Assembly (NCBI GenBank): GCA_046318155.1
Contig: JBKCUU010000122.1
Coordinates: 1 to 38,298, forward strand
Direction of reading: 5' to 3'
DNA length: 38,298 nt
Source: Bdellovibrio sp.
Lineage (GTDB): Bacteria > Bdellovibrionota > Bdellovibrionia > Bdellovibrionales > Bdellovibrionaceae
Program-made: the position numbers and the translations under genes
The notes under the pieces: generated by a model
What the model saw: the letters and a program-made list of their open reading frames with translations, nothing else
What the model was told of the DNA's origin: nothing
Databases searched by the model: none
Part shown: positions 27,705 to 36,463 of the stretch, one piece after another
Position numbering within the stretch: position 1 is the first letter of the stretch
Layout: each line of letters starts with the position of its first letter

Positions 27705-27777
27705 CAAGGGAGGGGCGATGTGGGTCACGGACGACCGACGTAGTAAGGACGCTACTGCATCGCTCTGTTTTTCTCTT
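27705..27777 (+). ncRNA. Structured RNA with two GGA-loop hairpins (TwoAYGGAY-like / candidate CsrA-binding sRNA)
   Basis: P1 27712-22/27756-66 (11 bp; its G-U pairs work only on the + strand) closes P2 GGTC-ACGGAC-GACC and P3 GTAGT-AAGGAC-GCTAC. Confidence 0.65.
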
Positions 27778-27786
27778 AAATACAAG

Positions 27787-27810
27787 CTGAAAATCAAACT
27801 GAAAATCAAA
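27787..27810 (+). repeat. 12-bp perfect tandem repeat
   Basis: CTGAAAATCAAA occurs twice in tandem. Confidence 0.9.
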
Positions 27811-27845
27811 TCACAATTGAAGTCTCTAAGAATCTAGGGCGTGTC

Positions 27846-28949
27846 CTAGTTCCAGATTTTTTTCAGGCGGTAAAGAGTAAAGCCGGCGAAGATCAGGTTG
27901 GGTATCCATAGTGCCAGCGCCACGGGCAACTGACCGCTTCGGGCGGCACCCTCAAGACTCACATACAAAATCCAATAAACAACGATCACGGCCAGACTTA
28001 AAATGAGTCCGTTTGATTTTATTCGGCGGTTGGTTTGCGTGCCAAGCCCGACGCCCAGGGCGCCTAAAATCACGCAGGCGATCGAGATGGCCCAGCGCTT
28101 GTGCAGTTCGGTCTTGAGAGTGCGGATCTCTTCGGGCTTTTTATCGCCCGGATTCTTAATTTTTTCTTGGACCTCTTCGATCGTCATCGACTGAGGTGAT
28201 TTTTCTCGCTGCTCGATCTGCACAGGATCGATCAGGCGGACGTCAAAATCTTCAAATTTAATTTTGGTGTGTGCTTCACCTTTGCGGTGAATGTCCCCGT
28301 CGGTCAGCTGCAGTAAGATCGACTGCCCCGGCTTGTGCGGATCCGGAATAATTCGGCCGGATTTTGCAATGATGGTCAAAGGCGAAGCGGGATCGCGCTC
28401 GTCGTAGATAAATATTTTTGTCAACTCGCCGCGCTGAGTGTCAACTTCGTTGGCGTAAACAACCAAGTCAAAAAAGCCTTCAGAAAAAGTGCCTTCTTTA
28501 AGGGTGGCGGTCGCCTTGGACTGGCCTAGCTCGTTGATCAAGATCTCGAACTGACGGTTGCCCCAGGGCGCTAAATGAAAAGATGTTTGGGCTGAAACCA
28601 CCGCGACGATAACGCTCAGGACGATGGCGGGAAGGATCAGCAAGCCTTGCGAGTAGCCTAAAGACTTGAGGGCCACGATCTCGGAGTCTTGGCTGAGCCG
28701 CCCGTAGGTGAGAACGACCGCAAACAACAAGGACATCGGAAAGAGGGCGGGTAAAAAGCTAATGGCAAGATACAGTACGATTTCGGCGATGACCTTGATC
28801 CCGATGCCATGGACCAAAAAAAACTCGGTCAGCCTAAGTGCCTGAAACATCAGCAAAATGAGGACAAACACGACAAGACCCAAAATCAGTCCAGGCCACA
28901 TTTCAAAAAACAAATACTGAGTGGCTTTGCGCCCAGCGAACAGATTCAT
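27846..28949 (-). CDS. lptF: LPS export ABC transporter permease LptF (YjgP/YjgQ family)
   Basis: PMSLLFAVVLTYGRLSQDSEIVALKSLG, 3+3 TM layout with a periplasmic beta domain, ELHKRWA and LWIPNL. Confidence 0.9.
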   Translation of the reverse strand: MNLFAGRKATQYLFFEMWPGLILGLVVFVLILLMFQALRLTEFFLVHGIGIKVIAEIVLYLAISFLPALFPMSLLFAVVLTYGRLSQDSEIVALKSLGYSQGLLILPAIVLSVIVAVVSAQTSFHLAPWGNRQFEILINELGQSKATATLKEGTFSEGFFDLVVYANEVDTQRGELTKIFIYDERDPASPLTIIAKSGRIIPDPHKPGQSILLQLTDGDIHRKGEAHTKIKFEDFDVRLIDPVQIEQREKSPQSMTIEEVQEKIKNPGDKKPEEIRTLKTELHKRWAISIACVILGALGVGLGTQTNRRIKSNGLILSLAVIVVYWILYVSLEGAARSGQLPVALALWIPNLIFAGFTLYRLKKIWN

Positions 28950-28957
28950 TGAGTTCG

Positions 28958-29023
28958 AGTTTAAAGAGCGGTTATCCAGAAGTCACGGCACCTCTTGCTT
29001 AATGGGGCGTCAAGTTTTAGCCT
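28958..29023. promoter_or_regulatory. Back-to-back sigma70-like promoters for lptF (-) and the pseudo-receiver gene (+)
   Basis: Minus strand: GTGACT (28981-86)-N17-TAAACT (28958-63), 8 nt to ATG. Plus strand: TTGCTT (28995-29000)-N17-TAGCCT (29018-23), 6 nt to GTG. Confidence 0.55.
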
Positions 29024-29029
29024 AAATGG

Positions 29030-29671
29030 GTGTCAAAAAAAATCTTGCTCGTCTATGACGATTACTCTGAAATGATTCGTATTCAAACCGACTTGATGAA
29101 GGTGGGTTTTGATGTTGTCGGGATCGTGAACGAAGCGCTCATGGCGGATCAACTGTTGATCTTTTACCCCGACTTGGTCGTCACGGCCGGTCGGGGCGGA
29201 AAAGTGTCGGCTGTCAGCGTCGCTCAGCGCCTCAAAGACAACGTGCGCTTCACCGCCAAGGTTGTGATCCTCCTGCCCAGCACTCAGCGCCCCACAACCG
29301 AGGAGCTGGTTCGGATTCGGATGGATGCCTTGCTCGAGATGCCGACGCAAATCGGCCGCCTTTTACAAACCTTGTCGAGGCTCCTGGGGTTAGATGCGGA
29401 TCAATTAATCGACAAATACGCCAAAGCGCGGCTGGCCGAAGGTGCCAGTCCCAGTGAAATTCAGGTCCTCAAAAACCAGGCAAATGACCGGGCTAGTCGA
29501 ATGGAGCGGGCTACTCGCGGGATCGAAATGGATACGAAGAGCACGACATTTGACCGCCAAAAAGTCAAAGACCGCCAACAAGAGCTCGAAAAAGACTGGG
29601 ATATCAAAGAACTAGAAAAGTCAGATGAATTGCGCCGTCAGTTCACCGAAGCCCTCTTCAAGAAGAGCTGA
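29030..29671 (+). CDS. Atypical receiver-domain protein with helical C-terminus
   Basis: KKILLVYDD...GFDV...PDLVVTA indicates a CheY-like fold lacking the phospho-acceptor Asp. Confidence 0.7.
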   Translation: MSKKILLVYDDYSEMIRIQTDLMKVGFDVVGIVNEALMADQLLIFYPDLVVTAGRGGKVSAVSVAQRLKDNVRFTAKVVILLPSTQRPTTEELVRIRMDALLEMPTQIGRLLQTLSRLLGLDADQLIDKYAKARLAEGASPSEIQVLKNQANDRASRMERATRGIEMDTKSTTFDRQKVKDRQQELEKDWDIKELEKSDELRRQFTEALFKKS

Positions 29672-29828
29672 GCCCACTTCCAAAAATGTGACCGGCCAAG
29701 ACCCCCGTTTGTTTCATGGTGAAACACCCAGGCAGAGTTGACAAAAGACCCAGAATCCCCAAATTTAGGGGAGCTCGACGACACGAGATGTGGTGCTGGT
29801 TTTAGCATCACCAAACCCGGGAGGAACG

Positions 29829-30149
29829 ATGGGCCAATTTACGAAACCAGTGACCGATGCAAATTTTGAGGCCGAAACCAAATCTGGTTTGGTTCTTGTC
29901 GATTTCTGGGCCGAGTGGTGTGGTCCGTGCCGCGCAATCGGTCCTAAGCTTGAAGAAATTGGCCAAGAAATGGGCGAGAAAGTCACCATCCTCAAATTGG
30001 ATGTGGACAATAATCAAGCGGTGGCGTCGAAGTTTGGCATCCGCTCAATCCCCACGATGATTCTTTTTAAAAACGGGCAACCCGTCGATCAGGTGATGGG
30101 AAATTTACCCAAAGACAACATCATCAGCTTTATTTCGAAACATCTTTAA
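29829..30149 (+). CDS. trxA: Thioredoxin
   Basis: Motifs VDFWAEWCGPC and GIRSIPT; GGAGG SD before ATG 29829. Confidence 0.97.
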   Translation: MGQFTKPVTDANFEAETKSGLVLVDFWAEWCGPCRAIGPKLEEIGQEMGEKVTILKLDVDNNQAVASKFGIRSIPTMILFKNGQPVDQVMGNLPKDNIISFISKHL

Positions 30150-30163
30150 TTTTTTTATTTTTT

Positions 30164-31291
30164 TTAAAAGAGGTACCGGCGGTAGGCGACACTCGAGACA
30201 AGCCCGAGGCCGGTCATCGTGGTCAGCATCGACGAGCCGCCGTAACTCAGGAGCGGTAAGGGAACACCCACGATTGGTAAAAGCCCGATGACCATACCGA
30301 TATTCACGAACATATGCCAAAAGATGTAACATAAAACTCCGACGACGAGGAGCGCCCCAAACTTATCCCGGGCCGTCGAGGCGATGCGAAGTCCAATGAC
30401 AAAGAGAACGGCAAAGAGCCCGACGGTTCCTAAACTTCCGATCAAACCATGTTCTTCGCTGAGAACGCTGTAGATAAAGTCGGTATGGCGCTCGGGCAAA
30501 AATTCGAGCTGTGATTGGGTGCCTTTTTGAAATCCCTTGCCGACCAAGCGGCCAGAGCCCACGGCAATCTTGGACTGAATGCTATTATACCCCGAACCTT
30601 TAGGATCATTCGTTGGCGACAAAAAGTTGATCACGCGATTTTTTTGGTAGTCGCGCAAAACAAACTCCCAAGCCACGGGGATCGCAATAATGCCGACTCC
30701 GATCACAACTGCCAAAATGCCTTTCCGGATCTTCATGAAGATCAGCATCGAGCCGCTGATCGCCGCGATCATTAAGCCGGTTCCAAGATCAGGCTGCTCC
30801 ACGACAAGTCCAAACGGGATCAGCATGAGCGCCAGGGGAAGGGCCAACTGGCGCAGGCCCATGCCGGGACCGTTGGTCGAGCGGTGCGAGAGGGCTTTGG
30901 CCATCACCATGATCATCGCGAGCTTCATGGTCTCAGAAGGCTGATAACTAAAGAAGCCCAGATCAATCCAGCGCTGAGCCCCCAGGGCCACGTGGCCAAA
31001 AAGAGTGACGTAGATAATCGCGCACAAGTTGGCAAAGTAGACGAAGTACGCCAGGCGGCTGACAATTGTGTACTCGATAAACGTGATGATGAAAAAGACG
31101 CTCCAACCAGTGGCCAAGAAAATCAACTGTTTGACGAAGAGGGGTTGAACGTCTTGCGAGTGCGGACCATGTGTCGCGCTAAAAAGATTCATGAGTCCGA
31201 TGACGTTCAAGGCCAAGATAACGAAAACCAAATTCCAATCGATCTTTTTAAATATCGTGCGTTGTGTAACGTGCAGTCTGATATCCGCCAT
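30164..31291 (-). CDS. rodA: Rod shape-determining protein RodA (SEDS family)
   Basis: Motifs GAQRWI, QPSE..K, QPDLGT, LPERHTDFIYS..EE and PLLSYGGSS; follows pbp2. Confidence 0.96.
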   Translation of the reverse strand: MADIRLHVTQRTIFKKIDWNLVFVILALNVIGLMNLFSATHGPHSQDVQPLFVKQLIFLATGWSVFFIITFIEYTIVSRLAYFVYFANLCAIIYVTLFGHVALGAQRWIDLGFFSYQPSETMKLAMIMVMAKALSHRSTNGPGMGLRQLALPLALMLIPFGLVVEQPDLGTGLMIAAISGSMLIFMKIRKGILAVVIGVGIIAIPVAWEFVLRDYQKNRVINFLSPTNDPKGSGYNSIQSKIAVGSGRLVGKGFQKGTQSQLEFLPERHTDFIYSVLSEEHGLIGSLGTVGLFAVLFVIGLRIASTARDKFGALLVVGVLCYIFWHMFVNIGMVIGLLPIVGVPLPLLSYGGSSMLTTMTGLGLVSSVAYRRYLF

Positions 31292-33268
31292 TTATTCGCC
31301 TTCCACGGGTGCGGGAGCTTCGACAACCGCTGCCTGGGGTCCTTTAGCCAACGCTTCGGCCGTTCTTTCGGGGTAATGTTTAGCAAAGTAAGTGCGCATG
31401 ATTTCGCGAACGACCGGGCCTGCGCCTGAAGATCCGTGGCACGAGTGTTCGGCCAAGGCGGCCACCACGATTTCAGGATTATCGGCAGGTGCGAACGCGA
31501 CGAACCAGCCGTGGTGACGCTGATTAATGGGACGATTTTCACATTTGGAGTAAATATCATTGGCTGCAAAGCTGCGAACCTGGGCCGTTCCTGTTTTACC
31601 GGCAATTTCAAATCCGGGGATGCGAACCGCTCGGGCTGTACCGCGAGAGCCCTGAACAACTCGCCTTAAGCCTTCTTTGACCGTTTTAAAAGTCGCCGCG
31701 TCGACGTGAATGCCCGTGCTTTGTGGTTGTTGGAGATCGCGCAAAACCACCGGCTGAGTCTCGCGCATGACTTTGCCCTCGAGATCCGCAACTTTTTTAA
31801 TCAAAAAGGGCTTCACCACTTTACCTTCGGTGCCAATGGCTAGGTACGAAACCGCAAGCTGAAGGGGGGTTGCCTGCACAAAACCTTGTCCGATCGCGCT
31901 GCTTAAATTTTCGCCGGGTTGCCAGTCTTCGCCCGTCGCTTGTTTTTTCCAGGCACTATTCGGCATCAGGCCCGAAGCCTCGCGCGGCAGCTCCACACCC
32001 GTTTTTTGGCCGATGCCCATGGTCGAAATGTAGTTGTACATTTTTTCGATCCCGAGCGAGATCCCCATTTTATAAAAAAAGACGTTCGAACTGCGCTCGA
32101 TCGCTTCAAAGATGGTGATCGTCCCGTGACCGCCGCGCAAGTGATCATGGTAGTTGCGGTTTCCAAAGCGCAAGGAGCCGGGGCAATTGATTAGAGTCGT
32201 TGGCGTTATAATGCTTTCTTGCAAAGCTGCAACGGCGATCAGAGCCTTAAAGGTCGAGCCAGGCGCAAAGAAATCTTGAATGACTTTATTGCGTAAGGGT
32301 TTGAAGGGATCGTTGATCAGCTTACTCCAGACGGCGCTCGAAATGCCGGCTGCAAAATCATTGGGATCAAAACTGGGGTTCGAAATCCAGGCCAAGACTT
32401 CGCCGTTGGACCGTAGGGCCACGACGCCGCCAATACGGCCTTCTCCCGAAAATGTTTTCCAAGCCGCTTCTTGGAGATCGCGGTCAATCGTCAAAATGAC
32501 GTTGGCGCCGGCGGTTGATTCTTTGTCTTTTATTTGCTCGCCGTAAATGTTAGGGGTTTGCGTGACGGCTTCGCGTCCAAAGGCATCGACCTGCACGTAC
32601 TGATAACCACTGTCGCCGCGAATATCGCGCTCGAGAATCTCCTCGATTCCAAACTTACCGACGATATCGCCCTGCTCAAACTGCAAACCTTTATAGAGTT
32701 CGTTGTAGATTGGGATCTGGCGTTTTGAAATCTCGCTGACGTAGCCAAAGAGCTGGGCGCCATTGTCTTTGAGTGGATAGGAGCGCATGACAGCTTCGCG
32801 GATCTCGAGGCCCGGTGTATCCAAACGAATTCGTTTGAGCCTAAACACTTCGTCACGGCTGAGGTTTTCTTTGATTCTGACGATCGCGTAGGGCCCATTT
32901 TGCCGGCGGCTGCGTTGCACCCGCTGAACAATCTTTTCGGGCTCGGTTCCCAAGATAGGCGCAATGACCGCGGCGACGCTCTCTAGATTTTTGATGTACT
33001 GAGGCGAGAGGGTCGCTTCAAACCCAGGTCTATTTTCGACTAAGATGCGGCCCTCGCGGTCGAGCATCAGTCCGCGCGGAGCGGCCACTTTGATCTGCTT
33101 GATCCTGTTTTTTTCAGAGAACTCGCGGAGCTCGGCCCCTTGAAAGACTTGCAGGTACCAGAGTCGCATCGAAAAAATCAAGACGGCCACGGTGATAACG
33201 AAATAGAAAATACGAAAGCGGGGCAGAAGCTCTTTGGTTTCATCGGGATTTTGAATGTAATCACTCAT
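31292..33268 (-). CDS. mrdA: Penicillin-binding protein 2
   Basis: Motifs APRG...DR.G, PGSTFK (SxxK), SSN (SxN), IGQG and KTGTAQ. Confidence 0.96.
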   Translation of the reverse strand: MSDYIQNPDETKELLPRFRIFYFVITVAVLIFSMRLWYLQVFQGAELREFSEKNRIKQIKVAAPRGLMLDREGRILVENRPGFEATLSPQYIKNLESVAAVIAPILGTEPEKIVQRVQRSRRQNGPYAIVRIKENLSRDEVFRLKRIRLDTPGLEIREAVMRSYPLKDNGAQLFGYVSEISKRQIPIYNELYKGLQFEQGDIVGKFGIEEILERDIRGDSGYQYVQVDAFGREAVTQTPNIYGEQIKDKESTAGANVILTIDRDLQEAAWKTFSGEGRIGGVVALRSNGEVLAWISNPSFDPNDFAAGISSAVWSKLINDPFKPLRNKVIQDFFAPGSTFKALIAVAALQESIITPTTLINCPGSLRFGNRNYHDHLRGGHGTITIFEAIERSSNVFFYKMGISLGIEKMYNYISTMGIGQKTGVELPREASGLMPNSAWKKQATGEDWQPGENLSSAIGQGFVQATPLQLAVSYLAIGTEGKVVKPFLIKKVADLEGKVMRETQPVVLRDLQQPQSTGIHVDAATFKTVKEGLRRVVQGSRGTARAVRIPGFEIAGKTGTAQVRSFAANDIYSKCENRPINQRHHGWFVAFAPADNPEIVVAALAEHSCHGSSGAGPVVREIMRTYFAKHYPERTAEALAKGPQAAVVEAPAPVEGE

Positions 33269-33798
33269 TCTTCAACTCCTCCGAGGTTCAGCGCCGAATC
33301 ATCCCCAGTCAGGCGGTCGAGCCACTGCATGACAAAATATTGTGGAATGCTCGCCAGAGGAGTTAGGATCACTTCGGTAAAGCGGCCAAAAAAGTGCAAG
33401 TCGGCGGGATTCGCCTCAATTAGGCGTGAAAGTAAAAAACTGGTGATGTGCCAACCAAGCGTCAGGGCCACGCTTCCCATTGCAAAGTAACGAGCGCCCG
33501 GCCAGAAGGCGTGCGCCTTGATCGAAGAACCAATCGGAACCAGGATGAAGAGGACGGCCCAAAAGAATCCAATCGAGATACTCGAAAAAGGCAAGAATAA
33601 GAGCGCCAGTAAATAACTCAAGAGAAGTGCATGGCGCAGTGATCGAAATAAAATAAAATAGAGAATAAGATTCAGCCACAGCTGCGGCGCGGGTACGCTT
33701 CCAAGCAAAAGCGGCCACACTGTCGTTTGCAGGCTGGCGATGACCAGGGCCCAGGCAGACCAAATTAAAATGATTTTTAACTTGCCGACGTAGTTCAC
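33265..33798 (-). CDS. mreD: Rod shape-determining protein MreD-like membrane protein
   Basis: About five TM helices; coupled between mreC and mrdA. Assignment rests mainly on position. Confidence 0.7.
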   Translation of the reverse strand: MNYVGKLKIILIWSAWALVIASLQTTVWPLLLGSVPAPQLWLNLILYFILFRSLRHALLLSYLLALLFLPFSSISIGFFWAVLFILVPIGSSIKAHAFWPGARYFAMGSVALTLGWHITSFLLSRLIEANPADLHFFGRFTEVILTPLASIPQYFVMQWLDRLTGDDSALNLGGVEE

Positions 33799-34688
33799 TT
33801 CGGTTTGGGCTCCGTTTCGGCAGAGGTGGGGGGCTGCAGAGCCCCAAGGGCGAAGCGGTTCGACAGATCTTCATTGGCGGCATTTATGATCACAAAAACT
33901 TCTTCGAGCTTGTCTGTATCAACCACGGGTTTTAGGTTCACTCGAAGTGAGGCCGCATATAGCTTGTTCTCGATCTCATCAACAATGGCCACCGGAAAAC
34001 CCTTTGGGAAAATGTTGTCAATTCCGCTGGTGACGATGAGATCACCTTTTTGAATGTCGCCCGATTTTTCGACGTAACGAAGCACCGCTGCGTCGGGGCC
34101 TTTGCCTTCGACGATCCCGCGTGCGCGTGAGCGGGCCACGAGTCCATCAACAACCGCGTAACGGTCCGACACCAAAAGAACTTGAGAGGTAAAGACATCG
34201 GGACGAAAGACATAACCCACGACACCTTCGGTCGAGATCACGGCTTGGCCCGCTTTTAGGCCATGGTGCGAACCTTTGCTGATGCGGATCGTGGCGTGAT
34301 CGGTCAAAAGATCGCGCGAGATCACGCGGGCAACGATGGTTTGCATCTTGGTCTTCGCCTGAAAATCAAGCAGTCCCAGGAGCCGGGCGTTTTCTTTTTG
34401 CAGTTCTTTCATCTCAACCAGTTGGGATTTAAGCCGTCGATTGTCGTCGGCGATTTTTTGACTGGTTCTTTTGATGTCGATCAAATTGATATAAAGTGCC
34501 GTTGTGCCCCGCACGCCATCGCTGAAGGAAAAAAAGCCATTTTGGACGATGCCGGCCATGAAGGAAAAAGGCTGGTCAAACCACGGAGCGTCCGAGGGGC
34601 GCTGCTGCATGTTGATCGACACGAGTGGCAAAAGCGCAGCCGCAAGCCAAACGGCGGCCTTGCGCAAGTCAAAGTTGAACCAATTCAA
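33795..34688 (-). CDS. mreC: Rod shape-determining protein MreC
   Basis: Coiled coil (ENARL..LL), KGS.HG, GVVG and GDLIVTSG...FPKGFPV; TTG start with GAGG SD. Confidence 0.94.
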   Translation of the reverse strand: MNWFNFDLRKAAVWLAAALLPLVSINMQQRPSDAPWFDQPFSFMAGIVQNGFFSFSDGVRGTTALYINLIDIKRTSQKIADDNRRLKSQLVEMKELQKENARLLGLLDFQAKTKMQTIVARVISRDLLTDHATIRISKGSHHGLKAGQAVISTEGVVGYVFRPDVFTSQVLLVSDRYAVVDGLVARSRARGIVEGKGPDAAVLRYVEKSGDIQKGDLIVTSGIDNIFPKGFPVAIVDEIENKLYAASLRVNLKPVVDTDKLEEVFVIINAANEDLSNRFALGALQPPTSAETEPKPK

Positions 34689-34943
34689 GTTTCACCTCTA
34701 GATGGGGTTCTTCCTCTAAATCGTCGCAAACTGGTGCAGCAATTGCAAAACATTTGCGAGGATTTCCTCTTGAAAATCGTCTCGAGAAAGAGTCAGATGA
34801 ACTCCTCATGGGCCAGCGGACAGGCGAAAACGACGGCAAGATTGGTCGGCAAATTTGTAATCGGGAGGCTAGCCTCAAGGTTCATGAAGAAAAGTTCCTA
34901 AAGAAGTGATGACGTGCAAATTTGAACCGATGGGGAGTGCCAG

Positions 34944-36461
34944 ATGAAGCGTGGGATGTTCGATCGACTCAAAAGTGATATGAATAAAGGTGGATTCAAC
35001 GCCAAGAGTGTTGTGGCTTTGCTGATTTTTGGTGCGATCATCATCGTCTTCGTTTTGTTCGGAATGACAGGCGCGCAAAACGCGACCGGATCTGGAGCTG
35101 CCGCACAAGTGAACGCGACTTTGATCTCAGCGGCTGACTTACGACAAGAAGCCCAACGTCTCGAGCAAATGTACGCGCCCATGTTTGGCGGTCAAATGGG
35201 CTCAGACACTCAGCGTCAATTCATTCGGCAGCAAGCGCTCGAGAATTTGATCTCGACCGAGCTGATGGCTCAGGGGGCGAACAAAATCGGCATCTTAGCA
35301 ACAGATGAAGAGGTTAAGAACGTCATCGTCCGCGAAATTCCGGCCTTTCAAGATAATGGCAAGTTTCAGCGCGAGCGCTACCTCGGAATTTTGCAAGCCA
35401 ACCGTTGGACACCCGGCGAGTTTGAAACGCGTATTCGCAAAGAGCGCCAAACCCAGCGCCTCAGACGTCTGTTTGAGATCGTCGCGTCACCCACGACCCA
35501 AGAACTCGAAAAAAACAAAGAGATGCGTGAGCGCAAGCGCAATGTGGACTTCGTCCGTATTGAAAAGAGCGTCGTCGTGAGCAAGATGCCTGTGTCGGAC
35601 GCCGATGTTCAAGCGCGTCTAGCAAAAGAGGACTTCGCGAAAAGAGTCCAATCGGAGTTCGAAGTTAACAAAGATCAGTACGGCACTGAAGAGCAAGTGA
35701 AAGCTCAGCACATCCTGGTAAAGACCAATCCCGGCAAGCCTGCTGATGACAAAGTAGCTTTAGACAAGATCAAGCAAATCGCTCAGCGCGCTGGCAAAGA
35801 GGACTTCTCGAAGCTCGCCGCAGAGGTTTCTGAAGACCTCGGCTCCAAAAAATCAGGCGGGGATTTGGGCTACTTCGGTAAAGGCAAGATGGTTCCAGCT
35901 TTTGAAAAAGCGGCGTTCTCGCAAAAGGTGGGAACGATCAGTGAGCCCATTAAGTCTGATTTTGGCTACCACTTGATCAAGGTCACCGACCGCAAAGCGG
36001 CCGTTGAGCCCAAGGTTGAACTCGCGCGCATCACGATCGGCCGTCGGTTGATCGCAGCTGAGCGTTACGAGGAAGAAGTTAAAAAAATCGAAGAGGCGCT
36101 TGCGAAAGGTGAGACTTCGACGGTCGAAAAATTTGTCAATGATCTGGGGCTGTCTTGGGACGAAACCGGCTATTTTGAGATCGGTCTTGAAGCCGCTCCG
36201 AAATTGACAAGCCCCGTGGCGACGTCTTTAGCCTTGGAAGTCAGTCAAGCGCAGCCATGGCCCAAAAAACTCGCGCGTGATGGCGGCACCTTGTACCTCG
36301 TCAAATGGAAGGGCGATAAACGTGAGCCGCTTCCGGCCGGAGAAAAAGTCGCCGAAAACTTGGAGCGCGAGCGGTCGTCTGATTTGATGAATTCTTGGCT
36401 CGAGGCCGTCAAGAAAGACTCGACGATTGAGCGCAATGAAACGCTGTTGAATAGCCTGTAG
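34944..36461 (+). CDS. PpiD/SurA-type membrane-anchored chaperone with parvulin (PpiC) domain
   Basis: N-terminal TM, SurA-N-like region, and motifs [34 protein letters not shown] and [10 protein letters not shown]. Confidence 0.9.
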   Translation: MKRGMFDRLKSDMNKGGFNAKSVVALLIFGAIIIVFVLFGMTGAQNATGSGAAAQVNATLISAADLRQEAQRLEQMYAPMFGGQMGSDTQRQFIRQQALENLISTELMAQGANKIGILATDEEVKNVIVREIPAFQDNGKFQRERYLGILQANRWTPGEFETRIRKERQTQRLRRLFEIVASPTTQELEKNKEMRERKRNVDFVRIEKSVVVSKMPVSDADVQARLAKEDFAKRVQSEFEVNKDQYGTEEQVKAQHILVKTNPGKPADDKVALDKIKQIAQRAGKEDFSKLAAEVSEDLGSKKSGGDLGYFGKGKMVPAFEKAAFSQKVGTISEPIKSDFGYHLIKVTDRKAAVEPKVELARITIGRRLIAAERYEEEVKKIEEALAKGETSTVEKFVNDLGLSWDETGYFEIGLEAAPKLTSPVATSLALEVSQAQPWPKKLARDGGTLYLVKWKGDKREPLPAGEKVAENLERERSSDLMNSWLEAVKKDSTIERNETLLNSL

Positions 36462-36463
36462 TT

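Noticed and set aside
27705..27777. Riboswitch (e.g. c-di-GMP-I) or tRNA interpretation of the structured RNA
   Set aside because: No GNRA/receptor or other aptamer motif that I recognise, no cloverleaf or T-loop, and no large downstream gene on the same strand.
27787..27810. Tandem repeat as a CRISPR remnant
   Set aside because: Only two 12-bp units, no spacer and no cas genes.
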